From assembly GCF_009914755.1 (NCBI RefSeq), contig NC_060937.1: a stretch of DNA of 64,000 nucleotides; one strand, given 5' to 3'. The position numbers were made by a program, and so were the translations under genes. The stretch comes from the human T2T-CHM13v2.0 reference genome, Homo sapiens. Below, one piece after another: positions 13,300 to 27,810 of this stretch; the first letter of the stretch is position 1; each line of letters begins with the position of its first letter. The notes below the pieces were generated by a model. The model was not told where the DNA came from, ran no database searches, and was given only the letters and a program-made list of their open reading frames with translations.

Positions 13300-15170
13300 A
13301 TCCAAGTCTTCACTGTTGGTGTCATTCAAAGTTCTGTGTATCATTTCTTGTCTTCTCATCTAAAATACTTGGTGATCTCATCAACCCCTGTAGCTTCAAT
13401 ACCAGTTCAATGTGATCACCCCAAAGCTGTGCCTCCAACCTAGGCCCCTCTTCTAAGCTTCTGACATAGATACCCAACTGCCTTCTGAAAAGCTTTACCA
13501 CAATGTCCTAAGCTGAAAGCATTATCTTCTCCACGGAAGTTCCTCCTCAGGTGCCTCCTGGTACAATCACGCTGTAATTCAAGCTTCCTTTTCACACCTC
13601 CAGTCCTCTCAAATTGAATCAGTCCCCAGTACTCCCACACTCTGCCTTCTTGCAAAGTAGATGGATCACTTCAATCCATCCTCACTTCCTGGACCTCGCT
13701 ACCTCCCACTTAGACTACTGATTGCAACAGTCTCTTCATTCACTCTTCCCATCCTACACTCTCGACCCCTCAAATCTATTCTCCACCCTGCAGAGTGTTT
13801 TTCCTAACTGTATTAGTCTCCTATTTAAAATCCTTCTGTGGCTTCCACTTCAACCATCAGGCTCTTCTAAGTTCATTTTGATAGCTATGGGAAGCCTACT
13901 TTGACTTCATTCTCATTTCTTCTCTAGGTTCCCTTCTGGTAGCTTCCCACCCTGAGCCTACATTCACCATGTCTGTTGTATAGACTTTTTGAAAGGCAAA
14001 TGAATCTCAGGACCCCAAAATCACTAAGCCAAAGGGAAATGTCAAGCTGGGAACTTGCTCAGGCAAAGCTGCCTCCCATTTTATTCCTAAATAAGATAAC
14101 TACAAAGATTAAAAAAGCTACATACCTCCCTCACAATTTGCCCACTAGGAAATTCCTTTTGGGACTCAAGATCTTTATCTTAAAGGAGTTCAGTTGGATT
14201 TCACCTTGGCAATGTAAATTGATAGCTTATCTTCACAGCTGCGGGACAAAGGACAGAACTCAAAGTCATCCCTCTGCTCATCTGAGGCAAATGCATATCT
14301 GATTGCTTCTTCTCACCTATTGTTTATACAAAAATGTACATTCACTGAGCCAGACTAAGACAAAAGTGACTCTTCCTCTACCCCCTCTCTCACATGTAAA
14401 TTCTGTATTCAGTGAAAGGCTGATCAAAGACTCAAAAGAATGCCACTGTTTGTCTCTTACCAATCTATGACCTGAAAGCCTCCTACCCACTGCAAGTTGT
14501 CTCACCTTTCCAGACCAAACCAATCTACATCTTACACATATTGATTGATGTCTCATGTCTCCCTAAAATATAAAAAACCAAGCTGTACCCCAGCCACATT
14601 GGGCACGTGTCATCATCTTGAGGCCCACAAAGAATTTCCTTGTAGGCAAATTGTGAGGAAGGTATGTAGCTTTTTTATCTCCTGAGGCTGTGTCATGGGT
14701 GTGTCTTTAACCTTGGCAAAATAAACTTCTAAATTGATTGAGTCCTATCTCAGATACTTTTGGTTCACAACTTCATCAATATTGTTGAAAGAATCATTTG
14801 CACTTCCCTTTATATAATGTGTTAAATACACACCTCTGTTCTTATTCTCTCTTTGGAGAGAAAGTGTTTTCCTTCCTATATATTTGGTAAAATCTGTTCA
14901 TCCCTCAAGACCTAGTTTGAGTTACCTTATTTGTAAAAACTTCCTTGACCTCCCCTCACATCTCAGCTGCAGCTGGTCATACCCTTCTTTGTGCGATCAA
15001 GACCCATATTCTTACATATTTTGTAGCCCATTTCACACTGTCATGGAACTATTTGCCTTTGTGACAGTCTTCAGGGAAAAAGGTACGTCTTTTTCACCTC
15101 TGTATTTTCTGTATCTACTACCTATTACTTAAAAGGTACCCAATGAATGTTTGTTGAGGGATGAATGATG
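13300..15170 (+). mobile_element. L2 LINE, interrupted by an LTR
   Basis: L2-like body at 13300-13930, resuming after 14770 and ending in AATGAATGTTTGTTGAGGGATGAATGA. Confidence 0.65.
13988..14769 (+). mobile_element. MER4-group ERV1 solo LTR with 4-bp TSD
   Basis: TGAAAGG...GACCCCAAAATCACTAAGCCAAAGGG 5' end, AATAAA near 14719, ends TTGGTTCACA. TSD ACTT at 13984-13987 and 14770-14773. Confidence 0.85.
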
Positions 15171-17519
15171 GAAGTAGCAAAATGCAGTAACAATAATGGA
15201 ATAATAGACTGACATGTTTTCTAACACAGATTCCAACAAAGCATGGACTTACGTAGATCCTGACAAAAAACAAATGCATTAGGCTTTGTAGGTCACATTA
15301 ACGACTGTTCAATGAAATTTGCACAACCATTATATTTCACAGGTATCCCTGCACTCACAATACTGAAGTCCTCCATCTATAGTTGGTTGGATGCTGGTGA
15401 CACATTCCGAAGAATGAGTCAGTGAGATATGTCCAGACTAACAAGGTGTTGCTGTATTACTGAGGCCTCCCCCAGATGGTGATTCCTTGGAAAGTTAAGT
15501 ATGTGCTGCTGGCTGGAAGTTTGCAGCTTTGACACAGTAGGAATGTTTGCCTTAGGACAGTGGAAACTCCCCATCTCGTATGACACAAGGTGTGTGAAAT
15601 TGTTACCCCAAATAACACAATCTGCCCTTCCCATGAATTCATACAAGCATGAGGTATTCTGTAGAAGGAACAGAATTTTGAGTAACTCTACTCAAATTGT
15701 TAAAAAATTACAATTTATTAATAACAGTATAGTCTCCACCGTAGTTTGTGTCTTCATACTCTGAAAACCTTGTGCAGAATATTTTGAACATAACGTATGT
15801 GAATATATTTAAAATAATTCTTCCTTCGATTAATTTTTCTAAAAATTACAGAAAGTACTCATATAAATTCAACAAAATAATGCAATTATAGATTATCTTA
15901 GGACTAATTCAAGCCTAAGATTTTTTTCCATCTCAGGTAACAACCTATGCTATTAAAACCTCATGTGACTTTGCACAGAGAGAATAGCAGTTGAGTTAGC
16001 ACAATGTCCCCGTCTCTCCCAGACATCAATTTAATTGCCATTTAGAAGTCACTTGCTCAGGATTATTATTTTTAGAACTTTTCACAAAATAGTTTCACTA
16101 CCTAACATTAGGTCATAACATTTTTAAGTGGAGAATTGGAGAAAAATAAAGAGATGAACATTTTAACAAAGGTCAAAGAAAGGAGACTTAAATGATTACT
16201 TGCTGATAAGCACTTAAAACATCTCAGCTGAATGTAAAGCTAGACCCAGAAAACATCACTTCTTCCTTAATACAATTCTTTGCTCCTTACTAAGAGCAAA
16301 ACTTTTTAAAACGCAACCATGCAACTTTAAACAACACTGAAGAGTTCTTCGCAAGAGAAGGATAACTCTGAAGCAATTAGACATAAATCTAGAACTTCAG
16401 GTGTGAAAGAGTTGTAATTGCTTTAAAAATATAGGATTCAGAAAGTTAATGCCTACCTCTTGCCTGACAAAACATAGTGAAGGTTCATATGTCAGTCAAC
16501 CACATAGAGTACATTAAGCTTCCCCACCAAAAAGTTATATGTTACCTAAAACCTGTCATTATTATTAATGAAAAACCTTGAAAATTTGCTAAAGATCTGA
16601 TGGTCTAAGAGGCAGGAATGCACCAATGCCTGAGGGCAAGATTGTGCCTCTCTATCCTCAATGTCCAAGTCCCACTGTTTACTGTCCCATTGAATCACAC
16701 AACTGGGACACAACCCAATTTCCAATAGCAGGGCATTGGTTACATAAATTATTTGATTACTTTTAATAGCATTATTATTTATATTAAAAAGATTTATATT
16801 CTGGAATACCCAGCAGCTGTTTTTAAAATGAGCTAATTCCCAATATACTGACATGGACTTCTGAGACTGGAAGATAATTATAACTTATTAAGTAAAAAAA
16901 AAAATGCCAGAACATGTAAAGTATGATTTTAATCTATAAAATGCATATATATATATATATATACACACAAACAGATATTCATATCTGTAGATACTTCTTA
17001 AATATCTAGAAAGTTCCATTTCACACTGTTAAAAGAGACTATTGCTAGGAAGTGGTGGAGGAGCAGGGACTAGTGTACATTCTAAATCATAAAATCTGAG
17101 CTGTTTAATTCTAACACAGGCTACTTCCATTATAATGTTTTTTTTTTTTTTAATGAAAGCATCTGAGCTCTTAATCATGGTAAACTCCTCACATTCCAAC
17201 AAGGACACCAGGTTGCACACCTCGAGGGTGTAGGATGTACATTATACATCTTACGTCCCTCATGGTCCTTCACAGTGTACTATGTAAGATCTCCAGGAGG
17301 AAGGAGCCACACCTGCATGCACACTCCAGGGCTTTCTGAAGTGGGGCCCAGAGGTCTCCTCTGGGAGAGTGTGCGAGGGCACTGACAATATGTCTGTCAG
17401 GATACACGGAAGTTCTACCAATAGCAGTAGCCAAGGTCCAGAAATAACAGAATAAGAACTCCAGAATTAAATATTTTAATATTTATTTGTTAAATATTTG
17501 TTTGTTAAAATGCAACTCA

Positions 17520-17755
17520 ATGTAGCTGTTAAAACAGTATGTTCTGCAGTCAGACTGTCTAAATTTGAATCCTGAATCCATCAGCTATTAGCTAGGGGAC
17601 TTTGAGCAAATTAAATAATTTCTCTATGTTTCAATTCCATAGCCTATAAAATGTGGACAGAAATAATAGGGACATTGTGGAGTTTCAATGAGTTAGTATA
17701 GATGAAGTGTTTAGAACGGTGCCTGGACAATCATGTGTTCAATAAATGTCACTTT
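17520..17755 (+). mobile_element. MIR SINE, nearly full length
   Basis: TTTGAATCCTG...GACTTTGAGCAAATT...CTATAAAATG core and GTGCCTGGAC...TCAATAAATG tail. Confidence 0.8.
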
Positions 17756-18898
17756 TTGCTAGTGTTCTTGTCTGGTAGGCAAGGTGTTATTATTGAAAAT
17801 GGGTTCACTGATTATACTCACTTTATAAATGTCTCAAGAATAGCCACATTCACAGAGAAACACACACACTAGCCCTCAAGGTCTAGCTTACCGTCCTCTA
17901 GAGCAAAATGTACATATCTGTAGATACACAGGAATTATACCAGCAGTTACACACCAAACAGTTGTATGGGCAGAGATATCAGAAGGGAAAGATTTTTCAC
18001 CAACAGCAATCAGATTATTTCTATTTTGACCAGAGTTATTTCCAATTTGACCTCACATCAGGAAAATCTTATTTTTAATGGGCAAAATTTTGAACTTTAT
18101 ATTTAAAACTCTTGAACTTTATATTAAAATTATTTACCTTTAAAAATTATATTAGAACATAATTTTTTAAACCCTTGGTGTCCTCTAAATAATGATTGCA
18201 TATTAACAGTTGAAATATGAATCATTAACAAAAATGTGTTTCATGTATATATTTTCAGGAATACATTAATTATATGAAACAAGTAATTTATCATCACTGT
18301 CTATGACCTTCACTGAGGGCCATTTTTAATTAGTGTTTGTACTTAGTAGACATTGACACCATAACAGTTATAAAGATTTTATATTCCAATACATCCCAGT
18401 GAACTTAAGAGGTTTCCTAACTTACAGGCTTGTAACTACATACTGTTTTGCTAGGAGGACTGAAAACAGTTTGGTGCCAATAAACCAGCAAAGGTCGAGA
18501 GTGCAGTGAAGACTGCACAAGCTGTTAAGGCCCAGTTCACTTTATGATTTGAGGTCATCAGTTAATCTACAAGTAGTATCGTGTACATCTGTGTGTGTGC
18601 GTATGTTCTGATCTGTACTCCACCTGAAAACACAATATAGTGTGTGTTTGTTTTTACTTCCCTAACACAAAACCATTCTCTGCATGGACCACAAAATACG
18701 TCTCTTAACAAAAATTAAAGATAATGAAGATATTGGAAAGGTTGCAGATTATAAAATTTTCTTTTTCAAATGTTTTAAATGCTCATCTGAGATTAACTCT
18801 ATAATGAATGGAGTTAAACCCTAGAAAAATCTTCATTAGTCAGATTCAGATAAGATTTATAATCTGATACGTGCCAGCCACAAGGAAAATGTGCATCA

Positions 18899-19356
18899 CC
18901 ACTATTCATAATAGTGAATACATGGAATCTACCCAAATGTCCATCAGTGATAAACTGGATAAAGAAAATGTGGTACATATATACCATGGAATACTATGCA
19001 GCCATAAAAGGAATGAGATCATGTCCTTTGCAGGAACATGGATGGAGCTGGAAGCCATTATCCTCAGCAAACTAACGCAGAAACAGAAAACCAAACACAG
19101 CATGTTCTCACTTGTAAGTGGGAACTGAACAATGAGAACACATTGGCACAGGGAAGGGAACAACACACATTGGGACCTGTCAGTGGGGGTGGGGGGAAGG
19201 AGATCATCAAGATAAATAGCTAATGCATCCTGGGCTTAATACTTAGGTGATGGGTTGATAGATGCAGCAAACCACCATGGCACACATTTACCTACGCAAT
19301 AAAGCTGCACATCCTGCACATGTATCCAAGAACTTAAAATTACATTAAATTAAAAA
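18899..19356 (+). mobile_element. Older L1PA/L1PB 3' end, 5'-truncated
   Basis: ORF2 C-terminal remnant (EIMSFAGTWMELEAIILSKL) and L1 3' UTR. Degenerate TSD GAA(A/T)ATGTGC(A/T)TCA on both sides. Confidence 0.9.
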
Positions 19357-20885
19357 GAATATGTGCTTCACATACAACAGACAAGAATATAAACTATTGT
19401 TGCACCTTAATATTTCTTTCCATATTATCATAATTTTTAGTATATAAATTTCTGGCCACATTTTGATGATGTAATCAAAATACCACAGAAATCTGAATTC
19501 CCATACATCTTGCTAGTTTTCACTTTTGCATTTCTTTCTGCGTAACACCAGCTAAAAGGCAGCTCTTCCACTATTCAGTTTCCCTAAGGAAAAATAATAT
19601 GATCAATTTGAAAATTGGTAACAGTACATGTGAAGATGTACAGTGGTTTAGTTAAAGTTATAAGCTGCTGTTCCAAATTAAAACTTCATTTTTAGCCCTT
19701 TATATCTCAGTGAAATTCTCTTATTAAGTGAAACTTTGCATTAAGTAGAGTAGGAAAAAGAGAATTCACTTCCTTTATATGTTAACTTTCTGAAAATCTC
19801 AACATAATTCCATTGGGAAACTACTATGGTGGTTTAGAAGAGAAATAAACCAAAATCAACTTTATGTTAAAAAAAAAAAAAACAGTCCAAGGGGAAAATA
19901 ATTTGCTGTGTTTACAATTTTTTTCTAAGCCCTAAAAATAACAGAAGGAAATCTTATAGTATACAGAATAACATAGAATGAGTAGACTGGATTTTGAATA
20001 AAAATATAATTTCAACCAAAAAACACGATGATGTCTTTAAAACAAAGCTAAAGAGCTATAAATATCAGAAGTAGCTATAACACATAAAAATATGGATTCA
20101 TTACTCATTTGCCCCTTCAGCCATTCTAACTTCACTCTTATTAAGCAATAATTAATACTACTTAAAGCCACTATCTTGGCATACACACAAAAAGGATATG
20201 CTATGTGCAAAATCCTCATTTGAAGAAGGATCAAGATCATCCCTTTCGTCAGCTTGTGGTGATTTTAAAACTATGGCATAGCATACAATTTCCAGATGAT
20301 CTTGTTGGGAACAGTCTACATATTTGAAAATTAGCCTACAAAATAATTAAATTACTTGCCCCAAAATGTGTGCTACTTATATCTGCTCAAAGGTAAATAA
20401 ACCCAAGCATGTTGATCTAGATGGCAGCATCGTGACTGAAAATTTTCCCTGTCATGGATGAGGTAGAGCAGGTTAAAAAGAAATGACAGAGCTTGACTGT
20501 GTCCATTAAAAATTAAGGAAATAATTATGAGACAAATAAAATAGTATCCCATGCAGTACTAGCTACTTGGTAAAATGATTACCCTTAAGAGATAGTACAA
20601 GATGAAAATATAAACTCTCAATTAGAGTTTACATAAATCACAGGTAATACCTCCACAGTAAGTTGAGAAAAATTAGCGAGAAGAATACAAACACCTTTTG
20701 AAGTCAATTTCAAGGAGCAAAATTATCAGACTGTCCAGTCAACCATTCACACCTGTCTGAGAACACTTCTTAGATGGACTTTTACCCTCAGTCAAAATAC
20801 AATTCTTATGTCCTCGTGTCTTAACCAAGCCAGTTCCCACTGTATACTCCATTCTAAACACTGGACAGTACACATACTTGTGCGT

Positions 20886-20913
20886 GCACACACACACACA
20901 TACACACACACAC
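20886..20913. repeat. (CA)n microsatellite
   Basis: Direct reading. Confidence 0.9.
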
Positions 20914-23900
20914 GAGCCACAAATTGCAAAGCAAAGAAGGCCATAAATTACAAAGCAAAGAAGGGATTAGATTGCTGTATCATTTGAAGGTAATTCTAAA
21001 ATATCTCCCAGTGAAATTATATCCCTGTCTAAATTGGAGAACTTTAAAAAAAAAGAGTGCATGTTAAGATCTCCAGGTAAAAATTACTAAGCAAATGGTA
21101 TCTCAGTGTCTTGATTGTAAATTAAAAAGTTATATAATACAGCAATATTAATTGATATGCTCTTTTTTGAGCATCTCATTTCAAGACAGACCATCAAATC
21201 AGAGCGGTTTCAAAGAAAAGCAAATGTCATCATCAACAGAAAGTCAGAGGCTCAGCACTCTTCACCTGGACTTGTCTGTGGTCCAGGAGAGGAGGTGAGC
21301 CAAGAACAGGCAGAATATTATTCACCTGAAGGACATCAAGTTGGAAAAGACAGCATGGAGAAGAACGGAAGTTAACCTGGCTTCAAAGCCTGATGCCCAA
21401 AATGTTCAAAACATTCAGGTGCCAAAATGTCTTAGGAAATGGTGCTTAAGATGTAGACTGGCCATGGGGATTTTAGGTCTCAGACTCCAGCCAAGCTGTG
21501 TTGGTTGTGAATTTTCTTTCATAGCACACGTACAGGCCAGTACTATAGGAATTTGTAACAGAATCCACTTCCAGAAATGCTGCTCTGTTTTCCCTGAATG
21601 TTTTCTGCACCGTTTGCCACTCCCTCCTTATTTGCCTTCCCTGCAAATGCTGTTGTTCTTCAGTTCCATGGTTTCAGCTATGAATTCATGTGGGATTCGT
21701 TTCCAAACTTTTGTCTTTACCTTTGAACACTATTTTGAATTCTAGACCCTTAAAACAACTTCAGATTTCACATCTTCCAAACTGAACCAATTGGATGTGT
21801 TCCTTGTATTCATTAGGTTATGATTTTAACTGATATAACAGAGAACCTAATAGCATTTGCTTGAACAAGATAGGATTTTTTTTTTAATCTCTCAAATAAC
21901 AGTGTGGACATGAAAAGCAGTCCAGGGCTGACATGGTGGTTTCACGGTGTCAGTAGCCCAGTCTCCTTCAGTCTTCATTGTCTCTTGGTATCATGTCCTC
22001 TTCTCAATTTCCATGGCCACTGCCTTGGTTCAGGACTTCATCTTCTTATTTGAAGTATTGTCGTGCCCTTCTTCCTGGGGCCACTGCTGCTGGCAGTGTC
22101 CTCACTACTGCCAGAAACTGATGTGATCTGTTTGTTCCAGAAGACTCTAAATTCATTGCCATGATAGTCCAGGCCCTTATAATTATGGCCTGGGTTTAAC
22201 CGTTTCATCTCCATTTCTAGCCACTCCTAACACTAGGTCACCCTTTTACAAATACTTTACAAGCTTTCATTCCCTCGTGATTTTGCTGGGACTGTACTTT
22301 CCTCCTCACCCCTATTTTATCCTTTTTCTGGCTCATTATTATTCAAGCCTATGTCAAGTATTATCTCATTTGCTGAATGTTATCTCCTCTATGGACTCTT
22401 CCAACTTCTCTCCACCAAACTGAATTCAGTAAATGTTTAATGAGCATAATTCAAGGTAAGGAATAGAGATATTGAGATAAATAAAAGTGCTTCTGCTCTA
22501 AGAGGTTAAATATTTAGCAGAGGAGATGGAAACTTTACTCATTATAATATCTTATCAACAGGATAACTGCAATATGAACAGAATGATATGGGGTAAGTTA
22601 ATCTTGCCTGCAGGCAAAATCAGCTGTTACCTCTATGTACAATAGCACTTTGTTGACTTAGCACTTGTATGTTCAATAAATCTGTGTCTCTCTTTCTCAT
22701 AAAATTATGAGTTTAGTGAGAACAGAACCCACGGTCCCCACACCACTATTTTATCCAATGCCAAAAGAAGAAAGAAAAGAATTTTATTTTGGTATTCATT
22801 TCTAAAGTCCATACAAGTATAGAAAAAAAAATCAAATTTTAAATAACGATTTTGCAGGGTAAAATTTTCAAAATCAGATTAAAATAATAACTATCTTTAT
22901 CTAATCATATCATGAAGGGAAAAACTTACATGTTAATTAAATCCACATGGAAAAGGTTACTTTATTGAAGTGTTGAAAAAGAGAATGATTTACTTTCTAT
23001 AGGAAAAAAACTCATGAAAAATAGTGAGCATGTTAAGAATATTAAACCATTAAGGCATAAAAACTGACTTGACTTTAATAATATTTCATTGTGGTAACAT
23101 GAAATACAATAAAATTCAATGTTTTAAGCGATATACACATCTGAAAGAAAAATGTTTAAGTAACAAAGAAATCGAAATGTAATTTTGCACCAATCACAAT
23201 TAAAATTAATATACTCTGAAATTCAAATTGAATGGCTAATCGACTTAACATTTAGATCAGTTGTGACCTCCAGTTATTAGAGTTGCTAATTTATTTATAG
23301 AGAAAACATACTCTTATTCACTGATTTAGAAAGAAAATATTCATTTGGGATGGCATTAATTTCCTCATTTTGCAAGGAAAAGAAAGTGATTCTGAGAGAG
23401 GTTGAGCAAGTTTCTGTATTTCACATGGTCAACTGGGAAATCAGAAATAGGACTCCAGCCTATTTGGATGAGATAAGAAGTATTAAGAGCTTTGTAAACT
23501 GTAAAGTGCTCTAAAAATGTAGGCATGGTACATGCTCAATTAGAACACTATGTGTTCCAGTACACCACCACTGCATTCCGTTAGAAAAGGCTCTTTTTCC
23601 CATAGCAGGATTCTGCCATTAAGATTAATGTTTATTATTATCATGCAAGAAGGAAAAACAAAAGGCATTTCTTGAACCAGAGAAAATATATTATTCTTTA
23701 TTTCTCTAATGTGATGTCTCCATCATCTGCCTGTGACTGCTGTTGGGAGCTCTTTATTTGTCCTGTTGCCACTCTGAATAGTTTGATTGATTTCTTCTCT
23801 ATCTGTCTTCCACAAATGTATAGCCAAGATTCTTTACCTTCATGTCTAACATTTAACAGGGAGGTATTTCCATTTTTCAGGGGAATGGAACTCAGTGCCC

Positions 23901-26900
23901 TGCAGGATCCGGTCAAGCATCTTTCAATGGATCTTTTCCTGAAGAAAGATCTTGACTACCATTTTGTTGCATTTGAATATCTTAGCCCCCAAACACACTT
24001 TCAGCTTCCTTGTTTGCACCTGAGATGGAGGCAGAACTAAGCTAACAATTTTAGATCATTTGGGTACCCAGGTACGTGGTTGTGGATCTGAAGGAAATTG
24101 TGTTATTGCTACTTTTTTATTATAAGGAAGATGCCGTAAGTGCCACTGGATTTTACACTAAACTTTTTAAGTCAATTTCAACAGGACAAATGTGCACATC
24201 TGTAATAATGCAATGCAATGATTTCCTTAGTGAACACTCAAATGATCAAAAGCACTTGTGCTGTAAAATATGTTTCCAGGCACCACGCTTGAGGTTTAAG
24301 AGCAACCAGGATGCTTTAGCATGACACTACTTTCATTCCAATTTGTTTTCATGGTTTTGAAATGTGTATAACAGGCCACAACTTCATGGTGGACTCAATT
24401 CAGCCTTAGAAGGTTGCTCACATATTCACAGTAACTCCAACAGTAGTGGGGTTCTTCTACAGACTGAGTTTGTTCAGGCAGTTTCAAATTCCAGCCCTCC
24501 CACTTTAGCTCTTCACTATTTCATGCTTAAGAGTATTTCCTATTTACTACTCCTGAGAAAAAAGGAATTATGGCAATTGAAGGACTTCTCAATAGACATT
24601 TCTATATATTGCCAATTAAATCCAACAATACTTACGAAGTATAAACAGATCTGACTTTAGATTATACAATGGCAGAGACAGACCTTGATGACAAAGTCTA
24701 AGCGAGTTTTCAACAAAAGGCATCCACCCTTCACTGGAACCATCCACAGCACCGCAGCCAGTGGTCAGAAACCACGGTCTCTCCGAACTTCTCCATTCAG
24801 TTCCTCTGCAGTTGAGCATCAGCACACAACACAGCGCAAAAACAACTGTCTATGGGAGAAATGTCCAAAAAACTGGAAACCGCACACATATGGGCGAGAT
24901 GCAAAACTGTTGCTTAGTCATAACATCCATGTGGCCTAAACTGTTCAGTCTGACCTGTTTCCCTAAGTGGGATGCAGAGTTAGCCCAGTCCCAAGTAAGA
25001 TTTTTCCCTTAAAAATTTACCTAACTTCCAACGCTCTTGCTATTTTTTGTCTTTACACCACTAGGTTTCTCCATTGTGGGAATGTAATTTTCCATGATCT
25101 AATTATTAAGCAGGACCATCCCTCTAATTTCGGCATCCTTTTGGTCCCTTGAGCCAGGCAGTCACCAGGGAGAAACAAAGTTCTTAAGCTCTATCGAGTC
25201 ACAGCCCCTTTGAGAATCTCAAAGTCTGGGTCCTCTAATCGGGAAAGTCCACACACACACACAGCCTAGGCATGACAGGATAGCACAGCATGGATCCTAG
25301 AGGGCCATGCCTGGACAGCCAGTAGAGGAATCCATGGAAATGGAAAGATCTGAAGTCAACACCCCCAGATTCCAATTTTGGCTTTATCCTCGACTAACTA
25401 TGAAACCTTAAAAAAATCAATTAGAATTCTTTGAGCCGGTTTCTTCATTTACAAAACGGCGATAATAATTCCTGCTGCAGCCACCCCTCTGGATTCTACT
25501 CATAAAAATTATTATGTATATCAAAATTTTGTAATTATATTTCCCCATGCTTGTTAAAGTATGACTTTTCATTAGAAACTTTTGCGTTATCTTTGATTCC
25601 TTGTTTTGCTTTGTCCACTAAAATCTGTTAGATGTTCCTTCACGGAATCTCTCATCAGTTCTCTGTCTCACTCACCTTGCTAAGGTCCTCATGTCTGAAT
25701 TTCAGTCTCCACTTCCTTGGGGATCTCCTACTTCCAACCTGTTTATGTATATATGTGTGTGTGTGTGTATAGTTATAATTATAGTTATATATAGTTTATA
25801 TATAGTTATATGTGGAAATGTATATGTGTCTGTATTTTTTGTATATGTAGACCTACAAAATTTGTATATGTGAATATAATATATAGTCACTATTTCCCTG
25901 ACTTGGCTATATTTCTATGAGACAGCCATATTTCCAACAATAATATGTTGTTTGATCTAAACAATGTTCTCTCCACTGTCATTTGCCCAACTGTCAAAAA
26001 GTAAGCTAAGATAGAAAGTTTAGAGTGCATATATAGGAAGTGTTTGTTAATGGGGGTAGGGAGCAAATGGGCATCAATGGTTAGTGAAAAGGTTTTCATT
26101 AAGAAAATTTTATCTCACCCAACACAAGGTTATTAAAACAGCGATATTAAGAGAATGTTAAATCAAATAGAAATTGTATCCTGCTGCCTTTCACTGGAGT
26201 TCATAGACTACTGACTCGTACCCAGTCTTCCCCTCCTGGTACCCTGGGAAACACAAGATTGCCCAGCTTAGAGACAATCTCAGAAACATTGTACAACATT
26301 AAAGAGTAAATCATGAGTGACTGAAATACTTAAAAGCACAGTATATTATAACATGTCGTACCAGTACCAGTGGTCAAGATGCTGAATTATAATATTCCTT
26401 AAAACCATTATATTTGTAAACATAACCTGTTCTTTGATGAATGATCTAAGATTACTCACATAAAATGCTAAGGCATGGTATTCAGGACATGATGAAGCCT
26501 GCGACCTGCACGTGGATGTGGTGCTCACATGGTGGCTTCCTGTCCTGCACTGCGGGAGCCCCCTCTTTACACAATTATTCTCTCCTGCCTCAGCAGCAAG
26601 CACTGGCTGAAACACTGACCACATTCTCCTTGCAAAAAAAAAAAAAAAAAAAAAAAGCGGTTACTTCTAGATTCTGTCTTCCTCCTGACAGTAAACTCTT
26701 AATAAAAATGTACTTGGCTTGTTCTTTCTCAAAACTTCACAATGTAATTTAAACTATAAAATAATCTCAAGCAGGTAATATCTTAAAACAGAAAAATACA
26801 CATCTGATGGAAAGTAAATTTCAAAACTTCTCTCTTCTGAACTAGCAGAGTATATCATTTTTTAGTATAGACCTTCATACAGAGCTTGCCTAGAACTACA

Positions 26901-27058
26901 AGATTAAAGTAAATAATAAGATGTATTTAACTAAAATTTAATAACATTGTGTGGCAATTACTTTCTCATTTAGCTAACTTAAAAACTCACCGTTAAAAGC
27001 AGGAATTGTCCCAGAGTTGAGGGAAAAACACAGAGAAAGGAAATAATCCAAAAAGGTT

Positions 27059-27607
27059 TGTACTGTTATCTATTACCACATAATAAATTACCCCAAAACT
27101 TAGCTTCTTAAAATGGCAGTAAGCATTTATCATTTCACACAATTTCTGTGGGTCAAGAATTATTTGGGAGCAGCTTAGTGGAGTGGTTCTGGCCCAGGGT
27201 CTCTCATGAGTTTGCTGTTAAGATGTTGGCCTGGGCTCAGCCATCTGAAGGCTGACCTGGGTTGACTCACCCACTTTCGAGACGGCCCACTCTCATGGAT
27301 GGCAAATTGGTCCTGGGTGTTGGCAGCAGGTCTCAGTTCCTTGCCATATGGGAGCTCCCTGGGGCTCCTCTAGTGTCCCCACCTGATGGCAGCTGGCTTT
27401 CCCCAGAGCAAGTGATCCAACAGAGAGCACTGACACATGAAAACACCACTGTCTTTTATGACCTAGTCCCAGAAGTCACACTTTGTCCCTTCTGCAATAC
27501 CACACTGGTTACACAGGTCAGCTCTATTCACTGACAGAGGGAACAACAAGGGCATGAACCCCAAGAGGCAAGGATGACAGGAGCCATCTTGAAGGCTGGC
27601 GACCACA
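27059..27607 (-). mobile_element. MLT1-family solo LTR
   Basis: TGTACTGTTATCTATT...CCCAAAACTTAG...TTCTGTGGGTCAAGAAT...GCCATCTTGAAGGCTGGCGACCACA. Confidence 0.8.
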
Positions 27608-27810
27608 GATCCACACCTAACTCCAAACCACCAAATTACTCGGAGTGTGTGTCGGGTAAGATGGAGTAGAGGGCAAAAAAACAGATTCTTTGGACTGAGA
27701 GAGATCTAGTTTCAAGAACTAAGTCTACAGATCACCAAGGAAGTGATCAAGGATACATGATCTAACCTCTCTGAACTTCAGTCTTCTCATTTTTAAAATG
27801 GGGGTGACAG

